Part shown: positions 49,803 through 60,073 of the stretch, one piece after another | Layout of the letters: each line of letters starts with the position of its first letter | Numbering within the stretch: the first letter of the stretch is position 1 | Source: Candidatus Woesearchaeota archaeon | Lineage (GTDB): Archaea > Nanobdellota > Nanobdellia > Woesearchaeales > GW2011-AR9 | DNA: 64,000 nucleotides | NCBI GenBank assembly: GCA_018676855.1 | Contig: JABHDY010000003.1 | Location: 316,359 to 380,358 of the forward strand | Direction of reading: 5' to 3' | Translations under genes and position numbers: made by a program | The notes under the pieces: generated by a model | Databases searched by the model: none | Told to the model about the DNA's origin: nothing | What the model saw: only the letters and a program-made list of their open reading frames with translations

Positions 49803-50733
49803 ATGCTAAAAAGCTTTCTAATTGAATGTATTCATCAGAACCTTCAACCATTCTAAATTCAACTTCGCCACACTTATCTACTAATTCAACTTTCTTGCGA
49901 TCATCCAATTCAACTTTCCAAATCTCTCGTTGAATTTGTTTGATTACATCTAACCCAGACAAACCATAATTAAGCATTAAATCTAACAATTTCTTTCGAG
50001 ACGTTTGAAAATCTCCCGTAACAGCAACCGATAAAATGTCATTAACTTCCTTTGGTTTAGCAACAGATGCCATTGAATAGACAAGTTCAGCATCAATATC
50101 ATTTTTTATCACTGCACAACTTTGCATAATATTTTCTAACCTTCGACAATCGCCACCACATACAACAAATAATGCTTTCTTTGCATCTTCCGATACAGTA
50201 AGTGATTCTTTCGCAGTAATTGTATCAATCATTTGAAAGATCTCTTCTTCAGATAACGGTTTAAATCTAAATACTGCACATCTAGATTGAATAGGATCAA
50301 TTATTTTAGAACTATAATTACATGATAAGATAAACCTACACGTCTTTGTGTAATTCTCCATAGTACGTCTAAGAGCCTGCTGTGCATCTTTCGTAAGAGC
50401 ATCACACTCGTCAAGATATATCACTTTAAATGGTACATCGCCTATAGCTCTTGTACGAGCAAAGTCCTTAACCTTAACACGAACAACATCAATACCACGT
50501 TCATCTGATGCATTCAATTCTAGAACGTTTTGATGCCAGCTATCGCCAAACAATTGTTTTGCTATTACCAAAGCAAGGGTAGTCTTCCCAACACCGGCAG
50601 GACCGCTAAACATCAAATGAGGCATACTTCCTGAACTCACAAACGCTTTTATTTTAGCAACTATTGCTGTTTGACCTTTCATTTCATCAAACGTTTGCGG
50701 TCTGTACTTTTCTGTCCATATTGTTGACGTCAT
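49777..50733 (-). CDS. rfcS: Replication factor C small subunit
   Basis: WTEKYRP, GPAGVGKTT, DECD, SRC motifs. Confidence 0.9.
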   Translation of the reverse strand: MTSTIWTEKYRPQTFDEMKGQTAIVAKIKAFVSSGSMPHLMFSGPAGVGKTTLALVIAKQLFGDSWHQNVLELNASDERGIDVVRVKVKDFARTRAIGDVPFKVIYLDECDALTKDAQQALRRTMENYTKTCRFILSCNYSSKIIDPIQSRCAVFRFKPLSEEEIFQMIDTITAKESLTVSEDAKKALFVVCGGDCRRLENIMQSCAVIKNDIDAELVYSMASVAKPKEVNDILSVAVTGDFQTSRKKLLDLMLNYGLSGLDVIKQIQREIWKVELDDRKKVELVDKCGEVEFRMVEGSDEYIQLESFLAYAVLVGNR

Positions 50734-50775
50734 AGTAAAATTAAGATTGTAGGTTCTTTATAAGTTTTATCACAC

Positions 50776-50967
50776 TCAAACTACCCATAACACAATATTC
50801 ATTGCCCAATCAAATATTTGGTCAAATGTATAGCCAAAGAAGAACATCATAATAAGAAGAAATACTATTGCAAATAATGCAAACTTAAGAACGTAGGATA
50901 ATACTCGACTTAATAATACGGCAAGTAACACTGCCAAAATTATTCCAATTACTGTAATAATATCCAT
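50776..50967 (-). CDS. Small two-helix membrane protein
   Basis: 63-aa hydrophobic ORF. Confidence 0.3.
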   Translation of the reverse strand: MDIITVIGIILAVLLAVLLSRVLSYVLKFALFAIVFLLIMMFFFGYTFDQIFDWAMNIVLWVV

Positions 50968-50992
50968 ATAAGCATAAAAGAAACACGTTTAT

Positions 50993-52060
50993 TTAATTAT
51001 TTCCATCCTTCTTAAGATATATTGTCTGTGTTGGAAATGGAATACCTATATTTTCTTTACGTAAAGCTTCATAAATTTTCTGAGTAGCCTCTAACTTTTT
51101 ACCGTACGCTTCGTCCCATCTCTCAACCCAAAATAATGCTTTAAACTGTAACGCAGAATCTCCCATTGAAAGAAATTGGACATCTGGAGCGGGATCAGAT
51201 AACACACCTAACTTTTTAATAACAGTAAGAACAACTTTCTTCACAGTATCAACATTACTTCCATACTCAACACCAAACTCAACTTTCGCTCTAACTATAG
51301 GTGTTGGTCGTGTATAATTCTGTATACTGGAATTTGCTAAATATCCGTTTGGAATATAAATAACTTCGTTATCATACGTTTGCATTTTTGTACTTCGTAA
51401 GCCGATATCTAATACTGTTCCAACGTTACCACTTTCAAGCTTGATTTTATCACCTACCTGATACGTTTTGTCAAGTAATAATGTTACACCACCAAGGATG
51501 TTCTTTAACGAATCTTGAAGAGCTAACCCAAGTACAATTCCGGAAATACCTACACCTGCTAAGTACGGTGCAATGTTAACTTCCCAAATGTCAAGTATCC
51601 ACATAAGTGCAATAAGAACAAACACAACACGTGTAGCTTTATGAAATAATGGTAACAAAATATCGTCCAATTTTGTTTGTGTCTTTTTTGCAAATGTCAT
51701 TCCCCATGCATCAATAATAATATCAATTGCACGAATAATAATCAAAACAAACACTAAAGCCATGACTGTATTAACAGTTTTTGAAACAACACCGTTAAAA
51801 CCAAGATTTAATATTGCTAACTTAAACCCGTATGCAAGGATCAAATAAAATAACGGTTTTTTAGTTCTGTCAAAAATAAGGTCATCAACTTTAGTTTTTG
51901 TATTCTTTGCAAATTTCTCAAGAAATCTACTAAATATAAAGAGAAGTAACCACGCAGCAAGAATAGATATTACAATAATGATACCAGAAAGAACGTATTG
52001 GTTCTGAAGATACGTGCCATATGGTAATGTCCCTAATAAATCTACAATATATTGTTTCAT
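50993..52060 (-). CDS. Mechanosensitive ion channel, MscS family
   Basis: Three TMs then MscS beta-domain (GDKIKLESGNVGTVLDIGLRSTKMQTYDNEVIYIPNG). Confidence 0.8.
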   Translation of the reverse strand: MKQYIVDLLGTLPYGTYLQNQYVLSGIIIVISILAAWLLLFIFSRFLEKFAKNTKTKVDDLIFDRTKKPLFYLILAYGFKLAILNLGFNGVVSKTVNTVMALVFVLIIIRAIDIIIDAWGMTFAKKTQTKLDDILLPLFHKATRVVFVLIALMWILDIWEVNIAPYLAGVGISGIVLGLALQDSLKNILGGVTLLLDKTYQVGDKIKLESGNVGTVLDIGLRSTKMQTYDNEVIYIPNGYLANSSIQNYTRPTPIVRAKVEFGVEYGSNVDTVKKVVLTVIKKLGVLSDPAPDVQFLSMGDSALQFKALFWVERWDEAYGKKLEATQKIYEALRKENIGIPFPTQTIYLKKDGNN

Positions 52061-53343
52061 CTTGCTCTTGCCTTAGGCTTAACTTTTGTTTTAATCTCTT
52101 CCACAGTTTCAGGCATCATTCTTTTTGTAATGAATACCCTTACTGAACTCAAAATAATTGTTCCCGTGATAGTAACATAAACAATCTTTACAAGGAACCC
52201 AGCAATAGGAATACCTGCCTCAAGTGCAAGGTGTGCAACTGCAGCAGCAGCTAATCCTCGTGCAAAAACTGAATTAACAACTGACCTATTATGCGGTTCC
52301 ATTTTTGTAGTAAGGACAAGAGAACCCATTCTTGACAACATTATAACTAATGAAAGTACCCCGCCGATAGCCAACGCTTTCCAATCAGAAAGGTCAATAA
52401 GTACACCAATATACACAAAAAAGAACGTTTTTAAAAAGAACGAAATTTGATGATAAAAAAATTGTTCGGATGGCGTTGTAATGCTAACACCCAATTCTCC
52501 TTTTAACGCTTTCTTTTTCTCTCTTTCTTTTGTTGTTGTTATTCCATGAATAATGGACGAAAGTTGTTTAGAATTTTTAAGGATTAACCCGAAAAAGAGT
52601 GCAGCAATAGCACCATTTCCGTTAAGAAATTCTGTCAGAACATAAATTAAAAGGAGGTATGCAATCGCAATCATATAATTATGTTCTTTGAAAACTCGAA
52701 GGACAAGAATTATCCAAACTACTCCTCCAATAAGTCCTACCAACCCTGCAACGGCAAAGAGTGATGAAATTTGAATAAGTGTTCCCTGAATTCCAAATGC
52801 TCCCAACCTCATAATTTCTAGTACTGTAAGAGAAAATACGATACAGAAAACGTCCGTAAGTGCAGATTCAAGAGTAAGAAGAGAATATAGTTTCTCTCCA
52901 ACCCTCATTCCTTTAAGAACAGGAATCGCAAATGATGATGAAACACCGCCAAGGATTAATCCAGTCAATAACGCAATAAGAAATGTAATCCCTTCTATCC
53001 ACATACCTATAACAAGCATAATACCGGTAACAATAATTGTTGATACAAAAAAGTTAAACAATGTTAACACAAAACTTTGAGAAAATTCGCGAATTAATGA
53101 TGCAAGGTTAATGTTAAACGCACCGTCAAACAATAAGAATAATAATGTAAATGTTGTAAATACTGGAGCAATCGTTATTAAACTATCCGGATGAACAATA
53201 TCTAACACGTGCGGACCTAAAACAAATCCAAGAATGATAAGGAATAATACGTCAGGAATACTAATTTTTCTAAAAATGAATTCTGCAAAGAATCCAAAAA
53301 ATAAGATTAAACTTACCGCCAATAAAACAAGTACGACATCCAT
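52057..53343 (-). CDS. Cation:proton antiporter (Na+/H+ exchanger family)
   Basis: About 12 TMs, CPA-family N-terminal motif. Confidence 0.8.
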   Translation of the reverse strand: MDVVLVLLAVSLILFFGFFAEFIFRKISIPDVLFLIILGFVLGPHVLDIVHPDSLITIAPVFTTFTLLFLLFDGAFNINLASLIREFSQSFVLTLFNFFVSTIIVTGIMLVIGMWIEGITFLIALLTGLILGGVSSSFAIPVLKGMRVGEKLYSLLTLESALTDVFCIVFSLTVLEIMRLGAFGIQGTLIQISSLFAVAGLVGLIGGVVWIILVLRVFKEHNYMIAIAYLLLIYVLTEFLNGNGAIAALFFGLILKNSKQLSSIIHGITTTKEREKKKALKGELGVSITTPSEQFFYHQISFFLKTFFFVYIGVLIDLSDWKALAIGGVLSLVIMLSRMGSLVLTTKMEPHNRSVVNSVFARGLAAAAVAHLALEAGIPIAGFLVKIVYVTITGTIILSSVRVFITKRMMPETVEEIKTKVKPKARAR

Positions 53344-53480
53344 CTTTTTGTATAAGAAAATAAAAGTTTAAATAAGTTTCGTTATGCTGCAATCGTTATG
53401 TACTCATCAAACTCCTCACTAATGCCCTGAACGAACTGATAGTGAAGCAAATCCTGTACATATTTTTGATATCGCATTGT

Positions 53481-53774
53481 TTATTCTTCCTTTTCTTCCA
53501 TTGGTCCAGAACTTGGAACAGCACTACGAGAAATGATAAGGATGTCACCTACCGCTTTAACAAGCTGATGAGGAACAATAACGCCCTTTGCACTGCCGAG
53601 AACCCTACTTAGGAAGGAATTCTTTGTTGCTTTAATTTTCCAGCCAGAAATTTTATTACTTGCAACAATACTATCTTCAATATCGCCGAAGTAATCACCG
53701 GAATCAGTAAAAACCTTTAAATCATATGTATCCGAAACTTTTTTCATCTTGAGCATGTAAACCACCTCATGCAA
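53481..53774 (-). CDS. PRC-barrel domain protein
   Basis: KVFTDSGDYFGDIEDSIV pattern. Confidence 0.5.
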   Translation of the reverse strand: MHEVVYMLKMKKVSDTYDLKVFTDSGDYFGDIEDSIVASNKISGWKIKATKNSFLSRVLGSAKGVIVPHQLVKAVGDILIISRSAVPSSGPMEEKEE

Positions 53775-53819
53775 CTAAGTTGGCGTAGGTTTAAATACTT
53801 TTCTGTTGTATAGTATTGT

Positions 53820-54506
53820 ATGCCCCTACAGATTATAGGAACGTCCCATATTGCGGCACAAAGTGTCCAAGAGATTGAAAGGGCAATAGAACAACAAAAA
53901 CCAGACATCATCTGTGTTGAATTAGATATACAACGAGCATCAGCACTTCTTGATGAAAGAAAAAGAAAAATAACTGTTGCCCAAATTCTTCAAATAGGTG
54001 TCAAAGGATACGTGTTTGCAAAGGTTGGTCAGTACGTTCAGCAGAAACTGGGAAAAGTTGTTGGTGTTGCTCCAGGATCTGACATGAAGACAGCGTTAGA
54101 GATTGCACGAAAAACAAAAATTGATGTCGCGTTCATTGACCAACCAATACAAATTACACTTAAAAAGTTCTCAAAAGCACTTACCTGGAAAGAAAAAATG
54201 CGTTTTGTGATAGATTTTTTTAAAGGTATTTTCTCACCAAAGAAACAAATGAAAAAGTTAGGGTTACAAAATCTAGATTTACGAAAAGTGCCTAAAGATG
54301 AACTTATTCTCAAAATGATGGGCCAAGTACAAGAACGGTACCCATCTATTTACAAAGTTCTTGTTGAAGACAGAAATAAGTATATGGTAAAAAAGCTAGT
54401 TATATTGTTACGTAAACATCCTGATAAAAAAATTCTTGCAGTTGTTGGAGCAGGACATGTTTCTGGTATGAAAAAGTTATTGTTAAAAATTGATATTCTG
54501 AAATAA
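53820..54506 (+). CDS. TraB/PrgY/GumN-family protein
   Basis: IIGTSHIAAQS...PDIICVELD N-terminal motif. Confidence 0.65.
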   Translation: MPLQIIGTSHIAAQSVQEIERAIEQQKPDIICVELDIQRASALLDERKRKITVAQILQIGVKGYVFAKVGQYVQQKLGKVVGVAPGSDMKTALEIARKTKIDVAFIDQPIQITLKKFSKALTWKEKMRFVIDFFKGIFSPKKQMKKLGLQNLDLRKVPKDELILKMMGQVQERYPSIYKVLVEDRNKYMVKKLVILLRKHPDKKILAVVGAGHVSGMKKLLLKIDILK

Positions 54507-54575
54507 AAAGATTCTACAATTATATTCTCAAATAGCAATATTCTTAATAAGCACCATATTTCTTTAGGAGTAAAA

Positions 54576-55151
54576 ATGGGAAAAATAATAACAGATCTGA
54601 GTTTGAAAGATGTTTTGAAATATGGAAGTGGACCTACAAATCATGGTTCGGACACAGTTTATTTTAACTTAAAAGGAGTAGACCATGTTGGTCTCTTACG
54701 TATTACAATTTCTGATATAAACAAAGGTGCTTTTGATGAGTATGAACAAGGACACCTTCAGTTTGCTGGAGACTATAGTTTTGATTCTCTTAAAAGTACG
54801 GGTGATCAAGAAGAATGGTTACGGGATATAAACAGAAATCGAGCCAGATTTCTTGAAAAAACTCGGGAAAGAGAAAGAAGAGAAGGAGAATCCCTAAGTC
54901 CAGAACAATTCTTTTTCAGAATTCTTGAAAGGAAAACAGATCCAGGTGAAAGAAACCTTTTTGTATTTTATCATAATAAAGATTTACGATATAAAACTCC
55001 TCTTATCCACATAGTTCCTCAAGAAGTAAGACTACGTGGACTTAAATATGATTCAGAAGTGGTACGAAAAATTCTTACACCATTTGTAAAAGAAGATGGT
55101 CTTGACGAGTTAATGGCAACATTAGAAAAATCCTGGCATTTTGATAAATAA
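54576..55151 (+). CDS. Hypothetical protein
   Basis: 191-aa ORF, no motifs recognised. Confidence 0.4.
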   Translation: MGKIITDLSLKDVLKYGSGPTNHGSDTVYFNLKGVDHVGLLRITISDINKGAFDEYEQGHLQFAGDYSFDSLKSTGDQEEWLRDINRNRARFLEKTRERERREGESLSPEQFFFRILERKTDPGERNLFVFYHNKDLRYKTPLIHIVPQEVRLRGLKYDSEVVRKILTPFVKEDGLDELMATLEKSWHFDK

Positions 55152-55177
55152 TTAAAAAAAAGAAAAAGAAAAAAATA

Positions 55178-58003
55178 TTATTTCTTCTGTCTCACGAAGT
55201 ACACAATTCCGCCACCAATCACTATTGCTGCTATGATTAACAGTATCCAAAGCCAGAGAAGACTTGATTCTGAAACGTCTTCGCCCTCAGCTTCTTCTTC
55301 ACCAACAACTGGCTCTTCTGCAACTACTTCTTCAACAACAGCTTCTTCTGTAACAGGAACAGCACCATTCTCTCCAATAAGGAAATAACTGAATCCTGGC
55401 GTCGTTGCTGTGTAATGGATATACGTGCCGTCGTCTTCACCCATAGTTGTTGGAAGTTTATTCCATTCGCCGTCAGCGTACCGGAACAGAGCCATAGCAT
55501 TGTTTGCAAGACCATTTTCTGCAAGCCACGTTTTTGCAACAGTAAATTCAATTGTTGGATTGGTCATAACATCGTCGGTTAACGTTGAACTTCGTGTTAT
55601 TTGAATGTTTTTGTACACACTTTTTTCAAACGTTGCAACATTTCCAGGTAATTCATCAACTTTAGCAACTCTTAACCATGCGCCGTACGTTTTTTTGTTA
55701 ACACCAAACGTAACAGCTGAAATGCCTACCTCACCATTGTTAACATCAACAGTTGATTCAGTACCTTCATCAATGGAATTCCAGATTACTTTTGAAAATT
55801 CTCCAGTTATTTGACTTGATGCAGTTCCGCCACTACCACCACTACTGCTACTTGAACTTGACGATGTACTTGCAGCTGCAGCGTCTGATGCTTTTGTTGT
55901 TCCTGAAAGTGTTGTACTAGTACCGGAGAAGTGTGGTAATCGTACCCACATCCGATCATTTTCAAGATCTACTGCGCATGGACTTGATGCGTTAATCTGA
56001 ACAGAAGAACTCACAGTTGCTTTTGTACAATTAACACCACCCATTAACGTGTCCCAACTATCATTGTACGTTGCAAAGTGTGAATAATTTGCTGCAAAGT
56101 TTGTCATGTTCGTTCCGTTATCACTAACGTTCCATACAATGTTCCAATCTTCATCATAAAATGTAGGAAGGGAAACATTCATGTCCGCTGATTCGTCAAC
56201 TCCTGTTCCAGCATCTGAAGAGTATGGAACTGAAATCAAAATGTAATCGTAGATTGTTGGTCCTGATGAACCGAATCGTAACGCTTGATCAAATGTTGCA
56301 GCTTCACTAGTTACACCACTATTATCTTCAAATAACGCATCTGGTGGTCCTGAAGCTAACAAATCTACGTTAACATAATGTACATTAACACCGTTAACGC
56401 CCATCCTGAAACTCATTGCGCCACCACCAATTATTGAAGATAATGGACTAAATGTTTCCATCGTAGCCGTATCTTCTAAATTACAATTTGATGGAGGATT
56501 TGGAACATCGCACGTTTCATTAGATCTATAAAGAGTAATATCTACATTTGAAGATGCGATTTCTGCTTGTCCAGGCATTCCACTTCCACCAGGTCTGAAC
56601 GCTTTAAGAGTAATATTAGTATCTGATATTAACTCATCAGCGTCCCTTTTTGACATTCCTGAAGGTGCATATGAAGTTGAGTAAACGTCAATGTCATCTA
56701 TTCCTGTTACGTTTAACAAAGGCATGTTAAATGAACCAGTTGTTGTTGTAAGATCTTCGATAAACGTAAATTTTATCGCACTAAAATTGGAATAATCAAC
56801 ATCAACTTCAATATGTGCAGTGATATTTTCCAATGTAGCATTTGATGCATTAATCAAATAAAACGTTTCTACTTTGGTACTAACATTAGCAGCATCTCCA
56901 CTTCCTGGACTTGATAATGAAAGGTTAGTTTCATTTCCAAGTAAGCCGTATAGAGTAAAGTTAAATCCCTGTAAATCAGCGGAAACAGTAATGTTTCTAT
57001 ACCCACCAAGATATTCAGAACCGTTTCGTACGCCTGCAAATAAAAGATATTGAACAGTTTCAGAATCAATGTATGGCAGTGTTATGTTAAACCAGCCCGT
57101 CGTTGCATCATATGTATCAGACTTACTAGTTCCACTACGCCATGAACTAGTATTGAATGGTAGAGTTCCTGCTGACCTATACACGATAGATCCTGCTTCT
57201 AATGCATAGACAGCAATTTTGAATTCGTCCCAACTAGCATATGGAACGCCATCTGAGTTGTTAGTATAATTTATCCATCCAGAAATCCATGCATATTGTT
57301 CAGTAACGTTAAACTGTTTATGTAACGTAAATGTTTCATTATTATACCATGAAAGGTTTGTTGTTGATAGATTGTATGAACTTGCTTCAGAAAAATTATT
57401 CCATGTATAACTTGAAGGAACAAAATTGTTTGGATCATTATCATCCGGATAAATCATGATTGAATAGTTTCTATTTCTTGGAACATTAATTACAATCCCC
57501 GTTTGAATATTATTCTCGCCAGATGCAACTTCATAACCTAACAAAACATCTTTAACAACGTACGAGAAATTAATCCAATCATTAGTACTATTGATTACAG
57601 TAATGTTAATTGTTGCCCCAGGTTGCATAAAAAAATTTACGTTTGAAATGCTAGAAAATTCAGAATGTGGAAGTGTTGGAAGAGATTGGCCAACATAATC
57701 AATAGACGTGCTAGACGTATTTGCACTAAGAACTGGTTTATACATGTATCCTGCATCTTCTGAAACAGAAAGGTTGAACCATCCTGATGCGTTTGAATAT
57801 GTTGCATTTGCACCAACGAATGTCGGACCCGACGCAGTAAATTGATACACAGTTAGGTTTACAAGAACATTTCCTAATACAGATCCTGTCGAATTATATG
57901 TTGTTCCGTTAAATTCTAACGCTGAAACGGAACTCATTAAAAACACTAAAGTCAATAGACTTATAATAATCACACTACTTTTTTTCATCACAACCACCTT
58001 CAC
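55178..58003 (-). CDS. Large cell-surface (S-layer-like) protein with Sec signal peptide, Ser-rich linker and C-terminal TM anchor; very rich in N-x-S/T sequons
   Basis: 941 aa; N-terminal signal MKKSSVIIISLLTLVFLMSSVSA; C-terminal LWLWILLIIAAIVIGGGIVYFVRQKK; dozens of NxS/T sites. Confidence 0.6.
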   Translation of the reverse strand: MKVVVMKKSSVIIISLLTLVFLMSSVSALEFNGTTYNSTGSVLGNVLVNLTVYQFTASGPTFVGANATYSNASGWFNLSVSEDAGYMYKPVLSANTSSTSIDYVGQSLPTLPHSEFSSISNVNFFMQPGATINITVINSTNDWINFSYVVKDVLLGYEVASGENNIQTGIVINVPRNRNYSIMIYPDDNDPNNFVPSSYTWNNFSEASSYNLSTTNLSWYNNETFTLHKQFNVTEQYAWISGWINYTNNSDGVPYASWDEFKIAVYALEAGSIVYRSAGTLPFNTSSWRSGTSKSDTYDATTGWFNITLPYIDSETVQYLLFAGVRNGSEYLGGYRNITVSADLQGFNFTLYGLLGNETNLSLSSPGSGDAANVSTKVETFYLINASNATLENITAHIEVDVDYSNFSAIKFTFIEDLTTTTGSFNMPLLNVTGIDDIDVYSTSYAPSGMSKRDADELISDTNITLKAFRPGGSGMPGQAEIASSNVDITLYRSNETCDVPNPPSNCNLEDTATMETFSPLSSIIGGGAMSFRMGVNGVNVHYVNVDLLASGPPDALFEDNSGVTSEAATFDQALRFGSSGPTIYDYILISVPYSSDAGTGVDESADMNVSLPTFYDEDWNIVWNVSDNGTNMTNFAANYSHFATYNDSWDTLMGGVNCTKATVSSSVQINASSPCAVDLENDRMWVRLPHFSGTSTTLSGTTKASDAAAASTSSSSSSSSGGSGGTASSQITGEFSKVIWNSIDEGTESTVDVNNGEVGISAVTFGVNKKTYGAWLRVAKVDELPGNVATFEKSVYKNIQITRSSTLTDDVMTNPTIEFTVAKTWLAENGLANNAMALFRYADGEWNKLPTTMGEDDGTYIHYTATTPGFSYFLIGENGAVPVTEEAVVEEVVAEEPVVGEEEAEGEDVSESSLLWLWILLIIAAIVIGGGIVYFVRQKK

Positions 58004-58089
58004 TTTTTTTTAATAATAATAATGGTGTTAATCTCGGAATGTTTATAAATATTTTGCTGTTTCATAAACTTTAAAAAGGGACAAAAAGG

Positions 58090-58098
58090 TTTATAAAA
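58090..58098 (+). promoter_or_regulatory. TATA box (tttataaaa) about 27 bp upstream of the predicted RNase P RNA 5' end
   Basis: Archaeal TATA consensus at appropriate spacing. Confidence 0.35.
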
Positions 58099-58120
58099 CA
58101 GGTTAATTCTAAAGTATATA

Positions 58121-58473
58121 GGTAGTAGTGGCAGTTGGCGAAGGGTCTTTATGACTCAGGAAAGTCCGCCCACCATGAAACGTTGCCCTTGTTTAAGGGA
58201 TGGAGAAATCCATGGCTCTGGCTCAGAAACGACACGTCCATAACCGAGAATGATTTTATGTAAGGATTGAAGTTAAACTCTTCATTCTTGCTGGCGAAGT
58301 GTTCAGTAATGAACATCAGTTAACCCAATGACGTTGGTTATGGGAACGATGAAACGGCGAATCCCAATGGGTGCAAGTCAGTATGACGCATAGTAGAATG
58401 CCAATATGAACCATCGTTGTTCATTCATGAACAATTTGGGTTCAACAGAAGGCGGCTTATGTCACTCTACCCA
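58121..58473 (+). ncRNA. rnpB: RNase P RNA (archaeal type A-like)
   Basis: P4 strands AGGAAAGUCCGCCCACC and ACAGAAGGCGGCUUAUG with compensatory CCGCC/GGCGG changes relative to the bacterial CCGGG/CCCGG; terminal P1 pairing GGUAGUAGUG/CACUCUACC; ORF-free, GC-enriched 350-nt region. Confidence 0.7.
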
Positions 58474-58493
58474 ACTTTTTAAAAAAAAGTTGG
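58471..58493 (+). terminator. Perfect palindrome ccaacttttt-aaaaaaaagttgg at the 3' end of the RNase P RNA
   Basis: Inverted repeat with a central T/A tract. Confidence 0.3.
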
Positions 58494-58576
58494 ATCAAAA
58501 ACCTCGCTGAATTTATATTTAAAAAATTTTTAAATTCCAAAAACCTTATAAATTCTTAATCAAAAACAATAATTAA

Positions 58577-58744
58577 ATGGCAAAAGATAATAAGATTCGT
58601 ATGCCTTCCGGTCAGGGAGGATTGACACGATACTTTGACGAATTTAAGTCAAAGATAGAATTTTCACCGGGCGCAGTCATTATTTTCTGTGTTATAATTA
58701 TGGTAATTATTATTGTTCTTCACGTATGGAGTCCGTTGATATAA
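58577..58744 (+). CDS. secG: Preprotein translocase subunit Sec61beta (SecG, archaeal)
   Basis: 55-aa ORF MAKDNKIRMPSGQGGLTRYFDE then one TM; below the ORF-track cutoff. Confidence 0.7.
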   Translation: MAKDNKIRMPSGQGGLTRYFDEFKSKIEFSPGAVIIFCVIIMVIIIVLHVWSPLI

Positions 58745-58745
58745 G

Positions 58746-59093
58746 ATGTTTCCCGGAATGAATCCCAGAAAAGTACAGCAAATGATGAAGCAGATGGGAG
58801 TTCAGCAAGTTGATATTCCTGCAACTGAAGTTATTATAAAAACTGATGAGAAGGAAATTATCATTACAAGTCCGTCCGTTGCGAAAGTAAACATGATGGG
58901 ACAGGAAACATTTCAAATTTCTGGAACGATTGAAGAACGAGCATTACTTACAACCCCTGACATTTCTGAAGATGATGTTAATACAGTCATGGAACAAGCA
59001 CATGTTGATAAAGACACTGCACAGAAAGCCATTGAAGACCATAACGGCGATTTAGCAGAAGCAATCATGAGTTTACAGAAATCAGACGAATAA
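58746..59093 (+). CDS. nac: Nascent polypeptide-associated complex protein (NAC alpha) with UBA domain
   Basis: QMMKQMG, NAC beta-barrel, C-terminal UBA-like (DHNGDLAEAIMSL). Confidence 0.8.
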   Translation: MFPGMNPRKVQQMMKQMGVQQVDIPATEVIIKTDEKEIIITSPSVAKVNMMGQETFQISGTIEERALLTTPDISEDDVNTVMEQAHVDKDTAQKAIEDHNGDLAEAIMSLQKSDE

Positions 59094-59173
59094 AATATTT
59101 AAAACATATCTTTCTAATGATTATTATTGAGGAGGTAAATACTTTTATAGTTATTTTATATTTATTGTTATAA

Positions 59174-59506
59174 ATGGGAAATCATAAATTTAGAATAGCA
59201 CCAACTTTTGTTAAAAAAGAAGGAGAAGATCAAGGTCAGCTTGAAAAAGCAGTCGAACTTGTACGCGGACATGTTGAGTTCAGTAGAACTAACTTTACCT
59301 ATAATCTTCCAGTTAAAGTTGAATATTTGCGACCAGAAGCAATAATAATTTCTCCAATAGGAGAAGATGTCCCTACCGATCTTTGTTTTGTTATGTCTTG
59401 TACTGAATCAGAAACAACACTTGATAAAGTTGGAGTAGAAAGAGAAGGAACGTATCGACTCAAAGGCGAAGGATTAGATATTTATTTATTGTCACATCCA
59501 AAATAG
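59174..59506 (+). CDS. Hypothetical protein
   Basis: 110-aa ORF. Confidence 0.35.
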   Translation: MGNHKFRIAPTFVKKEGEDQGQLEKAVELVRGHVEFSRTNFTYNLPVKVEYLRPEAIIISPIGEDVPTDLCFVMSCTESETTLDKVGVEREGTYRLKGEGLDIYLLSHPK

Positions 59507-59556
59507 TTCAACAAAACCAACGAATAATTTTTATAATTCACGTCCTTTCTTATTCT

Positions 59557-60033
59557 ATGGCAGCAGATTATGAAGAATCACTACATAATGCCAGAATTCA
59601 ATACGATGCAGCATTTCATCTTCTCAATGTCACGTATCCTCTTATTAACGATCCGAAATTATTACCTGGAATATTAACAAACATCTTCCTTTCTCTTGAA
59701 GCAAGTATGGACGCCATTTTACAATTTGAACGGCAATTGAAACTCGTCCCCATATATAACAACAATTTTCAAAGTAAATTTAACATGTTTAGGTACAAAC
59801 CTGTACGAAGACACAAAATTTCGCAGACATATATCGATTTAATTCAGAACCTTAAAGAAATGCTTGATCTTCACAAAAAAAGTCCAATGGAATTTCAACG
59901 AGGTAATAAGTTTGTCATGTGTGATAAAAATTATCGAATACAATCTATATCAACAAAGGATATTAGAGAGTATTGTACCCTAACAAAAGAGTTTATTGAT
60001 ACCATAAATACAATCATTAATAGAAAAGCATAA
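59557..60033 (+). CDS. Hypothetical alpha-helical protein (paralog A; possible HEPN-like Rx4-6H motif)
   Basis: 158 aa; motif RYKPVRRH; similar length and pattern to the next ORF. Confidence 0.4.
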   Translation: MAADYEESLHNARIQYDAAFHLLNVTYPLINDPKLLPGILTNIFLSLEASMDAILQFERQLKLVPIYNNNFQSKFNMFRYKPVRRHKISQTYIDLIQNLKEMLDLHKKSPMEFQRGNKFVMCDKNYRIQSISTKDIREYCTLTKEFIDTINTIINRKA

Positions 60034-60073
60034 AAAGGGAAGCACATTTCTTTATCTACTTACAGGGAGTGGT

